Part shown: positions 1 through 14,075 of the stretch, one piece after another
Layout of the letters: every line of letters starts with the position of its first letter
Numbering within the stretch: position 1 is the first letter of the stretch
From: Octopus sinensis
Taxonomy: Eukaryota
Assembly: GCF_006345805.1 (NCBI RefSeq)
Contig: NC_042997.1
Span: 31,496,001-31,560,000 of the forward strand
DNA: 64,000 nt
Reading direction: 5' to 3'
The notes under the pieces: generated by a model
What the model was told of the DNA's origin: nothing
Database searches by the model: none
Seen by the model: only the letters and a program-made list of their open reading frames with translations
Position numbers and translations under genes: made by a program

Positions 1-362
1 AATGGCAGCAGACAGTTGTCCCCAGATGCCTCAATGTGGGGACTGTACCTGGAGCTTGAGCAGTATACTTCTTGAGAAGCATATTTCTTACCCTACAGCT
101 ATACACATACACGCATATGTGCGACGGATTTTATATATAAACATTTTGAATTTATATGTAAAGCATTTTTCCTGAATAAAAACATTTATCTCTATATCTC
201 CAAGCAAACTCACATATAGCACTCGTTAACCATTCACACAAATATAAATCAGGCATAAATACATACACTCATTCAAACATACAACTATATATGTATACAT
301 AGATGCATGGACAATGCATCCATCCGTCCATCCATCCATTCATTCATACATACATACATACA

Positions 363-439
<77 letters not shown>

Positions 440-689
440 TATGTCTACTTGTGAAGTCATTACTCGTGAATTTCATTTACACACAACATGGACCAATTCT
501 TCTAAGAAAAAAATATATTCAAATAAATTAAACACAATATCATGAATAGCGATAGCGAAACCGGTTCGATATAATAAAAATTATATAAAAAAACCATGTA
601 AAGTGTGCGTATTTTCCTTTTTTAATTTTTATATACATTACAACCCACCACGTGGGGACAATCGAAATTCTTTTTCTGTTACTTACTAC

Positions 690-745
<56 letters not shown>

Positions 746-1997
746 TCAGATACTGTTCTATATATTATATATATGTTTTTGTGCATATGTATACATACAT
801 GCATAATGATACAAGCGTACATCCATCCATATATACATTCATACTTGTATATGTATATATATGCACACGAACATATATATGATTCTGTGCATATGTATAT
901 GCATCTGTGAACTTTTGTACGTTTATACATACATACATACATATACATATTTATACATGAAAATAAATATACACACACACAAAAATATATGAACAAAGTC
1001 AAAGAACGCAAACAAAGAAAACTGCAATATTGAGAAGTCTATTTCGACAGAGGTGCTTCACGAGGTAGAAGCTGGATAGAGTCTGCATTTATTTAAATTT
1101 TCTTTTGAAATTTTTATATTAAGAATAGAGCTTGAAACAACGAAGAAAACAAATATTCTTGAGGAATCTGCTGGGATACTAACACGTACACACGCACACG
1201 AATATGACAGGTATGAAATTTGGCATATTCCCACGAACAGCATCGTCTCTCTCTCTCTCGCACACACGTGCACGATCGAATGCACACGTACATGCAGATA
1301 CATACATTACATATGGATGGGTATCAATGAATATGATAATATGAATATATATAATATATATATATATATATACATATATATACATATATGTATGTATACA
1401 CACACACATATATATATATATATGTATTCATACATATATGTATATATATATATATGTATATATGTATATATATATATGTATATATATATATATGTATAAT
1501 ATATATATATATGTATAGATTATATATATATATATAATATATAGATATATATATATATATATATATGCATTAAACATTTCAAATATATACTGGGTTTATT
1601 ATTATCTATTTTTTCGAGCAAGATTTCCTTGGAGGGGGTATAATTCAAAAATTGTGAAGTCATGTCTCTAATCCTACAAAATCCAACTTGAATTTGCTAA
1701 GATGCTCACTCAGCCTCTAAAAAAAAAAACCACACACACACATCCATCCTGCATGTGTACATATATGCATATATATAGGCACATACGCGTATCCGTACAC
1801 ACGCACACACATGTATTAATATGAACTTCCCAAAAAGATCACCCATGCACATAGATTTTGTCAATATTTAAAATGCTGAAGAGAGATGTGGACAAATTCA
1901 CTCTGTAGAATATTCGACAACAAACAAACATTATGCATATACATAAGTTTCAGTCAGAAGGGAAAAGCAATAAACAAACTTGGAGGCATATATACAT

Positions 1998-2034
<37 letters not shown>

Positions 2035-2045
2035 GATATGTCCAC

Positions 2046-2098
<53 letters not shown>

Positions 2099-2196
2099 CA
2101 CACACACACACAATCATATATTATATATATATATAGTGTGTGTGTTGTGTGTGTATATATATATATATATGTGTGTGTATATAATATATATATATC

Positions 2197-2230
<34 letters not shown>

Positions 2231-2239
2231 ATACATATA

Positions 2240-2283
<44 letters not shown>

Positions 2284-2593
2284 TTTATATTTGTATGTAT
2301 ATATATAGGTATGTATGTATGTACGTATATGAATCCAAGGACGTTACTAATCCCCGTACATGCAAATATGTTCATATATGTAATTTTAAGCAGTCATATT
2401 AATAAACTCCTACTGCCATTAATTCAAGCGTACGTTGTACAGATCATCTACGTTGGGTATTTGTTATGTAAAGGCAGAAACAATAGGGTACTTATGTTTC
2501 CGTATATAAATGCATATGTGTGTGCATATGTTTATGCATATATTATGCATATATACACATATACTTGTTCATACATTTATATAAGATATATAT

Positions 2594-2633
<40 letters not shown>

Positions 2634-3548
2634 CATATATATACAAATATATATAAGAATGAAGATAAGTGTTTGTGTATGTGTCTGTATGTATAAACGT
2701 AAGCATATACAGGCACACACACACACAGTATATATACGTGTGTGTGTGTGTGTCTACATATATATATATATATATATAATTGTCAACAATTGTAGACAAA
2801 ACAGGCAAGCGAACTCACTGAAAATTCACACACAAGAAGTGGACATGTTCTTCCACCATCAGTTATCATCCAAAAATCCTGACAGTTTCACGCCTTTAAT
2901 GATTAGATTGTTCATTCTGGTGGCGTCAACAGCAGAGAGCTGCTGAGAATAAGTGATCAGATGAAAAGGACGGTAATGACAACAAACAAATGATCCAGGT
3001 GGTTGGTGCATAAATAAACATACACTTACCAATAGATGGCTTACTTCTATGGGACAGTATTAAGACAAGACATGTATAGGAATAACACTTGTAGAAAATG
3101 ATGACCTACAGGACTTGTAAAGGAAAGCAGAGAGATGGAAAGCAATGTGAAATGATGGAAGAAATAGAAAGGGAGATAGAATCTGGGAATGCGAAAGCGA
3201 AAGCTCAAAAGAAGCATGAGAGCTGCCAAGAAGTGAAAAAGGAGGCAGAGAGAATGAAAAATATCCAAAAGGAGATAGAAGAGATGGTATAGTGAAAGTA
3301 AGGTAATTAAGTAGGGGTGCACCGAACAAAAGAAACTAGGAGGATAATAATGTAAAAGGAGAAGACAGAAAAAACAATGGAGGGGTAAGTTGGTGATGAG
3401 AGAGGAAAGATAGACTGCAAAGGAAAAGGAAAAGCATGAGAAAGAGAAAGAAAGAGAAAGACGCCACACTAAATATATAACCGCTGTATGGAGATGCCAC
3501 TGATTTGGAACAAATATGGAGAGTGCGAGGCGTTACATTACAGAGCAG

Positions 3549-3766
3549 TCTTTTCTACTACAGGAACAAGGCCTGAAGTTTGGGGGAGTGGGGCTAAGAC
3601 GATTACAATGACTTCAGTACGCAACTGGTACTTAATTTATCACTTCCGAAAGGATGAAAGGCAAAGTCGACCTCGGTGGTATTTGAACTCAGAACGAACG
3701 TAAAGACGGACGAAATGCTGCTTAGCATTTTTGCTCGGTGTGCTAACGATTCTGCCAGCTCACACT
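3549..3766 (-). mobile_element. SINE family A (alternative 3' tail)
   Basis: Reverse complement of the family A head and body (ggatgaaaggcaaagtcgacctcgg...tttgaactcagaacg). Confidence 0.85.
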
Positions 3767-3916
3767 TCCTTAGTACATTAAATAAGCCTTCATAAAATTT
3801 CACAGAAGTGCGACAAGGGACATGCTGAAAATTCACAGTCAAGACGTGGACACGCTCTTTCCTCGTCAGTTATCGTCCAAAATTCAAAGAAATAGAGATA
3901 GATAGATAGAGCGAAA

Positions 3917-3948
<32 letters not shown>

Positions 3949-4028
3949 GAAGAGGGAGAGAGAGAGAGAGAAAGAGATAGACAGACAAACAGACAGACAG
4001 AGGGAGGAAGAGAAGGAAATTAGACATA

Positions 4029-4279
4029 TGAGGGTGTACTGGAAAGTTCCTGGGTTTGGATAAAGAAAAATACAGGAGGATCAGTTAATTACGATCAGTT
4101 AATTACGATCAGTTGATTACGATTTTATTCAACGCATTCCCCTCTCAGATTCACACACTTATTGCCAGCGGTCCTTCAGTTTTTCTAAGGTTTTGTAAAA
4201 GGTTTCGGAAGTGTGGGCATCCAAACAGTCCTTTCGCGACACACTTAAAGCCAGGTACTTTTCAGCACCGACCCCCTCC
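4029..4279 (-). mobile_element. Mariner deletion derivative
   Basis: Imperfect TIRs (gagggtgtactggaaagttcctgg / ccaggtacttttcagcacc..ccctcc). The minus strand encodes a transposase C-terminus-like NKCVNLRGECVE*. Internal 14-bp triplication at ~4080-4123. Confidence 0.7.
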
Positions 4280-4684
4280 TAGATATGAATCGATGTATAC
4301 GCACATATTGACAAAGTACACTTCCTACTGTCATTCAGAATATCTCAAGCATCTAATGACCTTTCAACACGGCTGCTCACCATCATGACTTTCTACATAT
4401 TTATGAGTCTACACTGTTTGTATACGTGTATCGAACGTAAGCTGGGTTCATAATACTCACTGATAGGTTTTGTATTTCTCTTGGTATGTTTCGAGAAACT
4501 AACCTCATGAGGAAGTGTGGACTTAACAATCGACAACCCGACAATGTGACAGGTTATACTGCATTACACGTTACCAGTAGTACTCACGGGTAACTTGACA
4601 TATATAACACATACACACACACACACACACAGACTCATACACATGCACAATTGCACAATTGCACAAATACACGCAAACACACAT

Positions 4685-4723
<39 letters not shown>

Positions 4724-4956
4724 AGGGGGAAAGAAAGAGAAAGAGAGAGCGTGAGAAAAAGAAAGAGAGAGAGCGTGAGAAAGAGAGAAGTTATACAGAG
4801 ACTAGAACCGTACTAAAAATCTCATGTGTTCAGTTGAAATGGAGAGTAAAAAGATATTTTTCATTCCGCCCATATGACATGCAGACAATAGCGATAGGCG
4901 ATTAATCATTTTATTCCTCTTAATTACATACACATTACATTTTATGTGTGTGTGTA

Positions 4957-5002
<46 letters not shown>

Positions 5003-5245
5003 TAATATAACGTATATATAACATATATGTATACTATATATTTATGATGTGTAAAAATTTGGCTGGGCTTAAAAGTATAAAAGGGTATCACATGCATCAA
5101 TAATGAATCATTTCAGTAATACTTTTTTTGGCAATGGCTTTTCTCGTGTAACGAAGGTGCAGCTATGATGATATATATACTTACATACACGCACACACAC
5201 ACACACACACATACACACACACACACACACACATACACACACACA

Positions 5246-5299
<54 letters not shown>

Positions 5300-6179
5300 A
5301 ATAGTCATATGTACATATATTTATATATATGTACGTATAAATGTATGTATATAGATACACATCTGCACAAACCAAAGTGTGTACACAGAAAAACGCACGC
5401 ACACACACACATATTAACGCAGGAATATCTACTTGACCTAGCAGGTAGCAAATTCGCTGTCGTTAAATCGATGAATGCAATCAACGTTACTTTTGTCTAT
5501 TTGGTAAAACTATAATAAAATACAAGCTAATTGTAGTTGACCAGTTGACTTTCTAAATCTTAATTTTTGTTTGGGGTGTCTGAGCGGTTCTTCGCTGTGT
5601 TCAGATTTGAAATCGCATTTAAGTTAGTGGCGCCTGGACAAGCTCATTCCATTCTGAGTCTCAATTTGGCCGAGGTCGAATTTACGTTTCATCCTTTCGA
5701 AGTCGATAAAATAAAATGCCAAACATTTACTGGATTTGGTGATAACGACTCAAACTAACTCTCTCCAGTATTGGTGAATTGTACTTGAACCATAAACCAT
5801 TATTCCTTGTTATTTTTCTAAATACTATATTATATGTCAAGGCGCGTGGTTTAGGTATTCGACTGTTAGTGGGATGGGCGAAAGAATGCAGAGGACAAAA
5901 TATGCACCTAAGACAACTAACGAAGCACATGCTTGAGCAGGTTTGCGATTGACGTCTTTGTTAAACTAAATTAAATATTTTGCGTCACGTAGACAGTTAC
6001 TTATTCTACAAAATATCTCCAAATGTCTACATTCATGTACATCGTACTTGATGATTCTCTCATCCCTATTTCAGGCAAGTACGCGGAAGTCAATCCATCG
6101 TTTATGAGATCAGAACAAGATCGAACGACTAACAAAATTTTCTTTTCCAATTGTCTGTCCTACTTGTGAACTTGTGATG

Positions 6180-7256
6180 TAGTGTGCCAGCAAATAGTAA
6201 CACACGGTTACGTGCGCAGTGCGAGCTAGCAGTGACCTTCATGAAGCAGTGTGCCGAGTGACATCGCTGTGTTCACTTAGCAAATTGTGAAATTTGTGTT
6301 TTTCTGATCACGCGTATGCTGTAGACTGCGATTTTGTCATGGACAGGAGTAAAGAGCTAACGTGAAATTTTGGGTTAAACTCAGGAAGTCTGTTACAGAG
6401 ACATTGAATATGCTTCGGTAAGTTTACAGCAATGAGGCAATGGGTCGCACGCAATGCTTCGAGTGGTACGGGCGCTTCAAAAGCAGAAGAACGTTTCTGG
6501 AAGACGATGAGCGATATGAAAGACCTCACACGTACGTCACTCCCGAGAATGCAGTATTGTACATCGAGAATTCGTTTCCCAGGGTCAGACCGTCAATTGA
6601 TAGTTCAACTGTGACGTTTTGAAGCGTCTGAGAGAGAACATTCGGTGGACGCGACCGGATGCACCCTGTCACAGGGCTTTCCTAACTCGTAAGTTTCTCG
6701 TCAAAAACAGGTATCGCTTCTGCACCAACCCCATTCATCATATTTATCACCTGCGGGCTCCATCTCTTTCCCAAGAGGAAAATACAGCTCAAAGGTTGCA
6801 GTGTTGACACCGTTGTCGAGGTTCAGCGCGAATCGCAGAAGGTCCTCGACTTGCTTACGGAAAACAACTTCCAGGCCGGATTCCAAAGGTGGCAGGAATG
6901 TTGTGACCGAGGCGGCGAGCTGGCAGAAACGTTAGACACGCGGGTGAAATGCGTAGCCGTATTTCGTCTGCCGCTACGTTCTGAGTTCAAATTCCGCCGA
7001 GGTCGACTTTGCCTTCCATCCTTCCGGGGTCGATAAATTAAGTACCAGTTACGCACTGGGGTGGATGTAATCGACTTAACCCGTTTGTCTGTCCTTGTTT
7101 GTCCCTTTATGTTTAGCCCCTGGTGGGTAATAAAGAAACAGGTATGTTGTGACCGGTCTATTGCTGTGCAAGATGACTATTTCGAAGGAGATTATAATAA
7201 GACTTAGGTAAATAAGTTATTTTTTTTATTAAACATAACTTTTTGACACCACCTCG
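6180..7256 (+). mobile_element. Decayed, internally deleted mariner transposon interrupted by a SINE
   Basis: Translates RANVKFWVKLRKSVTETLNML..EAMGRTQCFEWYGRFKS..LEDDER (HTH), then LKRLRENIR, APCH and NFQAGFQRWQECCDR|SIAVQDDYFEGD. The 3' TIR-like end ...caccacctcg is followed by TA. Stops and frameshifts present. Confidence 0.85.
6910..7143 (+). mobile_element. tRNA-derived SINE family A, full length, 12-bp TSD
   Basis: Head ggcggcgagctggcagaaacgttag, B-box gagttcaaattcc. TSD atgttgtgaccg at 6898-6909 and 7144-7155. Confidence 0.9.
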
Positions 7257-7436
7257 TAATCAAAACAATTATTATCATTGAACAATATTCGTGATTTTTA
7301 TATTTCCCGATATATATATATTTAGAAATATCTAGTTAGATTTTAAATGTTCATTGAATTAGATATTTAAAAGTATCATTTCGATCATATAATTAATGTT
7401 CTTCATTCCAATATCCTGTGTGAAACACACACACAA

Positions 7437-7477
<41 letters not shown>

Positions 7478-8445
7478 GACACACACATACACACACACAC
7501 ACAAACACACACACAAGAAGAGCGCAATAAATGAAACTCTTGAGCCTCGAGTTTCTTATGCAACTTGAAAGGTGAACTATGTGCTTTTGTGGTGTGCGTT
7601 TGAGTGTACGCATTTAATATGTACGACTGAATGTATTTGAATGTATAGAAGAAGTCAGTATATATTAATGTGTTTGTTTGTGTTCTTACAATACTCGTAA
7701 CAACTTGAGGAATAAGTAATTGAAGAATACGTAGTTTTATGGGAAAGACATCAGATAAACGAAAACGAACCGGGAGATAGCAGATTAGTAAAATGCCGGC
7801 GCCAAAACGTGACTTTATTAACAAAGATACAAAACGCTTTCTCTCATCTGTTTCAATTTCTCTTTCTCACCATCTTCCTTGAAGTCATTGAAATTAGCTT
7901 ACATTTGCTGAAGACTTTTCAAAACACGAGACATTAATTGCCGCCATATCGTGTATTCATTCTATCAAAATGTAGAGCGTGCGTGTCATGTAACACATAA
8001 AGTAACAAATTATAGAATATTAACCAATATGTGCCCAAAATAACAGCTAAATCTTTCCCACTCACATCCTAAATGTGGAAGTTCTAATTAGGAGTTGCGT
8101 GTGCATACACACACCACACACACACAACACACACACACACATATATTTATATATATGTATATATATATATATATATTATATATATAAGATGTTCAGTACG
8201 AATGTATATGCATGTATATACGTAGTCATAAGGCAGCAGTAGAAGTATGATATGAACACAATTATGCTTGAGACGTATATTACATGATGCACAGAATACA
8301 GATTATAATATAAAAATATTTAAAAGTCGTGTCTCGACAGCTGTTTCAAGATAACTTACATAATAACCATATTCATAAATAGTATGTGCATGATGACATA
8401 GGTATGCGTTCGTGGCAAATCCAAATGAAATACATGTATGTGTGC

Positions 8446-8480
<35 letters not shown>

Positions 8481-9184
8481 CACACACACACGCGCATGTT
8501 GATTATTTGGTCTGGAGGAAAGCCATATGCTTTGCGTCGCTGAAAGAGATGGAAGTTGGGGCCTGAAAGAAGTGAAAATAGTTGGTGAAACAGTAAGAGT
8601 GAGAGAGGTAATGAGCGAAAGAAAGGGAGATAATATGATACAGAAGGAAAGTGAAAGAGAGAGGGGGGATAGAGAGGGAATGCCAGAAGTCAGAAGAAGG
8701 AGACAAATGTGGATAGAAATTTAGAAAATGGAAGTTGTGGATTACACCTACCTTGCAGTATTGCTTCTTTATCATCTTCAGAAGGATGAAGAGCGACAGA
8801 GAGGCAAAGTCAAAACTTGAACTCATGCAAGGTAAATACAAGGCAGATAGGAAGGAATACAAAGGAAAAATAATTTTTAAAAATCCCTCGGGAAATATAC
8901 ATTAAGATAAAAAAAAACATCGGCAAAGTTAATGATTGTAGTAAATAAAAAAATAACATGGGAGTAGAAATTAAGTCGGAAAGTGTGAGCGAGAATGGAA
9001 GAGGGGAGATAGAGACGTGGAAAGGGAGAGAAAGAGAGTGGGGAGGCAGGGAGAGAGATTAAGTGAAGTCGTTTAAATAATTGAAAAATATCAGGGGCTA
9101 TTTTTTTCTTTTCAATTTACTTTTATTTAAATCCCTAAATAGGTTACTGAATTTTACAAAAATGTAGAAAGAGAAACGATATCT

Positions 9185-9245
<61 letters not shown>

Positions 9246-10260
9246 ATATCTATCTATCTATCTATCTATATACACATATAAATATACATATATATATACA
9301 GATATACATATATATAAATAAATGTACGTATATGTATGTATTTATATACACACACACTGATATGTATAGTGGTCTTTAAACTTAAGTATATGATGGCAAT
9401 CATCTATATAAAATACAAATATATATGAATATATAAATGTATACGTGTATATACTAATTTCATACATATATATATATATATATTTATGTGTGCGTGTAAT
9501 TTACATATATATATGTGCATATATCTATGTATACATTATATATGCATATATATGCATATATATATATGTATATAAAAATATGTATATATATATATATATA
9601 TATTGAAGCCATTCATTCATACAGACACAAGAGTATAGTATATACATACAGACATAAACATCCCCATCTAACAGTATATATGTGTGTTTACTTCGGCAAC
9701 TGAATATAATTAATTGAAATGAAAATAAGAATGTCAAGCACCAAATAGTACTCCTGAATGCTAAATCACTGGCTGTGAGCAATACCAAAACGTACAATAT
9801 ATTGAAAATCATGTGATCCCTATTCTCACCGAACATACGTACGTACGTATGTATGTATGTATGCATGTATGTATGTATGTATGCATGTAGGTAGGTAGGT
9901 AGGTATGTATGCATGCATGCATGCATGCATATATGTATGTATGTATGTTTGCTTGCATGTATGTATGCATGCATGTATGTATGATGTATAAACGTACATA
10001 ATTATGTACTTATGCACGTATATAGTATGTGTATATGTGCTTGCGTGTGTGTATACATATATATATATAGAGATATGTGCATGTGTGTATATATTTATAT
10101 ATATGTATATATATACATATACAAACATATATATTTGTATATATATATATATATATATAATATATATATATATATAAAGTCAGATGCAATTTTATATGTG
10201 CTTTCTGTCTCTGACTGCCTCTATGTCTGTCACACACTCTCTCTCTCCCTCTCGTGGTAA

Positions 10261-10314
<54 letters not shown>

Positions 10315-10339
10315 ATATATATATATATGTTTGGTGTGT

Positions 10340-10374
<35 letters not shown>

Positions 10375-10541
10375 AACCGTGAGTGTGTGTGCGTGTGTGT
10401 GTATGTTTATGCGAAATACTTTTCGCGTGAGATTGAACCGAAATACCGTCCACTTAAAATCGAATCAAAGCGAACTCCTTCCTAACAAGAATAACAATAA
10501 CAACAATAATGATGATGATGATAATGATGATGATGATGATG

Positions 10542-10602
<61 letters not shown>

Positions 10603-12822
10603 GAGTAATATAATATTATCATAATAATAATGATAATAATAATAATAATAAAATAAAACATCAAGCCACCTCAACTCTATCTCTCCCTTAAACAACAATA
10701 ATATCAACAACCACAAAAACAACACCAACAAGATATAATGAAATCTTTAAAAGTAACAACCGGAAAAGTCAAGGATAAAGTATTTTTAACAACTCTCGGA
10801 GGACTGAGAACTCTTGGGAAGTACTTCATGAAGGTGGCGAGTGAACGATGTGATGCTTTAACAGTGTGGCGTTAGTGGAGGCATTAGTTTAGAGAACTGG
10901 AGACAGAGATGGGGGAGTAGCGTGGGTGAGTATGAAGAGAATGAGATTGGGAGTGAAAGAGTGGGGAGAAAGAAAGAAAGAAAAAGAGAGAGTTAGAGAG
11001 AGAGAGAGATGTGAAGAATACGTGTGCCAGTCGTGGTAGTGGTAGTGGGCAAGAGAAATTTTCTCCATTTTGTACTCCCTGGAAAATCAGAAAAGAAAAA
11101 TAAAACAAAATTGGGAAGGAAAGAAATAATTAAAATGCATGAAACAAGTGAGAAGGAAAGAAAAAGAAAGACATAGGGGGAAAAAAATGAATGAAGGAAA
11201 GAAAGAAAGGCAGCAAAATGAACCGAGCGAAGCATTCAAGAAGAAGGAAACGAAGAAAAATTAGTCTAAAAATGAAATATAGAAAGAGAATAAAAATGAA
11301 AGAAGAATGAAAAGAAAGAAAATGAATAGATAAGAGAAAGAGAAGAAAAAGAAAATTAAAGAACAAAATTATGAAAGAAAGAAAATAATTACAAATATAA
11401 AGGAGGAGAACGAAAAATACATGAAAAGAAAGGAAAAGTGAAGCAAAAAATTCAATAGAATGAGAATAAGTCAAAGAAAGACAATATTAAACAAAAAAAT
11501 GAAAAATTGAAAAAGAAGAACGGACGACCGGAGGAAAAAGTAAAGAAAGAAAGGAAGAAAGAGGGAAAAGAAAGACTACATAAAAACGAAGTCTTTATAG
11601 AGGTTAATCAAAATAAATAATTTTCAAAGTCCCACAATATGGTAATTAGAATCCATTTGATATATAAAATTCGAAATACGAGAAGTCTTTGGTTTTTTTC
11701 ATTTCTTGACACATATATCCAAATACACATATACAATATATGTGTATGTGTAATATATTCAATGAGTCTATGTATATATTCTTTCTCTAATTCTCATTAA
11801 CCATTTCTTAGTCAAAGCGGGAAGAGTGCTCATATCTATTTTTAACTTTTCATTTTGTTTTTTATCGAAGTTGCTAAGACAGGTAGAAAGAAGGGTAAAC
11901 GCAACCTTTAAATCGGAGATGTGACTGGAATTCTTGCGTAGGAATGAAGTCTGAGAAAGGTGTCCAAAGAATAGGTGGCCATGGTAACAAGAAGACGAGT
12001 AAAGTCTACCACCATAGAATAACGAACGCAAATAGATTGAACAAATACTACAAAATATCTCATCCGACACTTTTACAAATCCGGCAATTCACTGTCCTAA
12101 TCAATATATTATTTTATTGACAAGGAAGGGAGCAAAGCAAAGTGCACTAGGTAGGATTTGAACTCAAAGTAAAGAGTGCCGGAAATTCCGCAAACCGTTT
12201 TACCCTTCCCTTTAACGACTCTTCCACTATTCTAATTCTGTGTTTCTTTCATGTTTTGCTCTTGTTTCTTCATATTCTTCGCCCTACCTTTCATAAGCTA
12301 TTCTCTTCCCACTCTGATTCTGTTCTTCAAATATGTTCTTCTTCAATTCCTTTCTGAAGTTCTTTCTTTGAATCTTTTATGACACATTTATGACACATTT
12401 ATGGGGCACAGATATTATGCTCTTCGGTCTTTGGAAGCTTTTAGAACAGTCTAAGTTTCTGTTTGAAGCATAAATTCTCTATGATGAAGGAGCTTTCAGT
12501 CCTGAAATGGTCAGAAGGGAACGTCGTAAAGACAAGCCAGTATCTGTGGTATTACAAGTCCCACCATTTTCACAGTGCCAAGAAAGATGTTATCAATGGT
12601 ATGATTTTTCAGCTAGGCTACTTGCTCTAACCATGACATTCATTAAAAAGTATTATACTCCTTCAGAAGATCGTTGCTCTTCCGACCTCAAAGCCTGACA
12701 CCTTTGTCCACATATTTTCTATGTTATTATTTTTATTGTATATTTGTTTCCTTGCTTGTAAAATGGAGCATCGTAGGTATATGTTCTACGTTATCAATAG
12801 TATAATATACTGATCATACGAA

Positions 12823-13042
12823 AGAGTCTCCACATGACCACTCGACTACCTAGAAATAACAGCAAATTTTCTCTGAAATAACGTTCCATCGTCATGAAAA
12901 AGAGAGAAAATAACATTAGATATTGCAGTTTGGTTCTATACACAAAAGTTTAGTTTAGATGGAATGGTCACATCTGAATTGTCTTTGATCAATAATGTGC
13001 TCGATCAGAATTAACTGGGTGTTAATCAACTACAACAGCAAC
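12823..13042 (+). repeat. Old dispersed repeat family F, ~210 bp (also ~14325-14540, ~14970-15157, ~32312-32513, ~40331-40572, ~42575-42740)
   Basis: Shared motifs (t)agaaatagcag.caaat.t..ctcaaa and ctcgatcag...ctg.gg.taaacaacaac tails. Heavily diverged. Confidence 0.55.
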
Positions 13043-13466
13043 TTATTTAGTACAGAGATGAAACGAGATCCACCGCTTGCGCGCGTGGGACAGCAATGGT
13101 TAATACATCAGAAGTATCACTCTGCTTTCTAATTGTTTCGTAGGTAAATTGAAAGTCACTTAAGAAACTGAATACCTAGAAAACTGCAAGTGTAATATCA
13201 TATGTACTCGTGTTAGGGTCTTGGCAAAGCACAAACAGGACACTTCTTAATGATTAAAGTAAAGGAAATAACGCAAAAACTACTAACTAGTGGCGAATAA
13301 ATATTACTTCATAAATGATATACCATTTATGTTTAGAAAATGGAAATTATGCGTCTCCTATGCATAATTATGCTAATGTCGTTGTTGTTTAGACCCTTGT
13401 AATCCTTGATCCAATGGAGCTGAAATTAAAGAATTCTATTCACAACGATTCTTATTTGCTTTCACT

Positions 13467-13847
13467 TTTTATCATCTTCGCCTTTGCTAAGGCGGAGATA
13501 TTGTTTTCAGTCGTGCTTATTTGTTTCTTTGTTTGGCCGTGGGTAAGATATCTCAAGAACCACTGGATGGATTCGAATGTAACATTCAGAAACGTTTGGC
13601 CTCATGACTGGCACGAACTGATTAGAGTTGGAAATCGATCCGGTACTGTACAAGGGTTCTGGATTATTTTTCCTCTTTTTTACTTAATTTTTGAGAGTCG
13701 TTGGGTTCATTTTTTTTAGTATCCTCGTTTGTGAGAGCTGTCGAGTTTATTTCAGATATTCTTATTTTAAAAATCATCTCTGGCTAATCATTGAGAGGGT
13801 GTTGGTGTTGCCTTAGCGGAGGTTTGCGCTCCCTGAGTGCTCTTGTT
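13467..13847 (+). mobile_element. Helentron-associated non-autonomous element (HINE/DINE-1-like)
   Basis: 5' T-run and palindrome cttcgcctttgctaaggcggag; 3' subTIR ccttagcggagg followed by hairpin gcgctc-cct-gagtgc and tt. Confidence 0.65.
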
Positions 13848-13857
13848 CTATTTGGTT

Positions 13858-14075
13858 TAAGGCAGAAAGCTGGTAGAATATCGGAAAAATTGCTTTGCGG
13901 CACTTCCTTAGATTCATCACTTTCCGAGTTAAAAACTACACCGAAACTGACATTGTCTTTCATCCTTTCGGGAGCGACAAAATAAGTGCCAGTTAAATTT
14001 TGGCGTCGATGTAATCTCCTAGCACTCTCTCTTCAAAAATTCCTGGTTTGTGCCAAAATTTGAAAGAATTATATA
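13858..14075 (+). mobile_element. SINE family A, highly diverged (similar relics at ~5640-5805 + and ~12085-12230 -)
   Basis: Residual ctttcatcctttcgggagcgacaaaataagtgccag core. Confidence 0.55.

Noticed and set aside
8781-8831. Possible small exon (ttcag|aaggatgaag...caag|gtaaat; MKSDREAKSKLELMQ)
   Set aside because: Splice-like signals only. No recognisable protein or partner exons, so it cannot be supported without RNA data.
10900-11580. Purine-rich tract giving hydrophobic F/L/S-rich ORFs on the minus strand (also 3047-3469 and 8503-8862)
   Set aside because: Low-complexity GA-rich DNA. The membrane-protein look is purely compositional.
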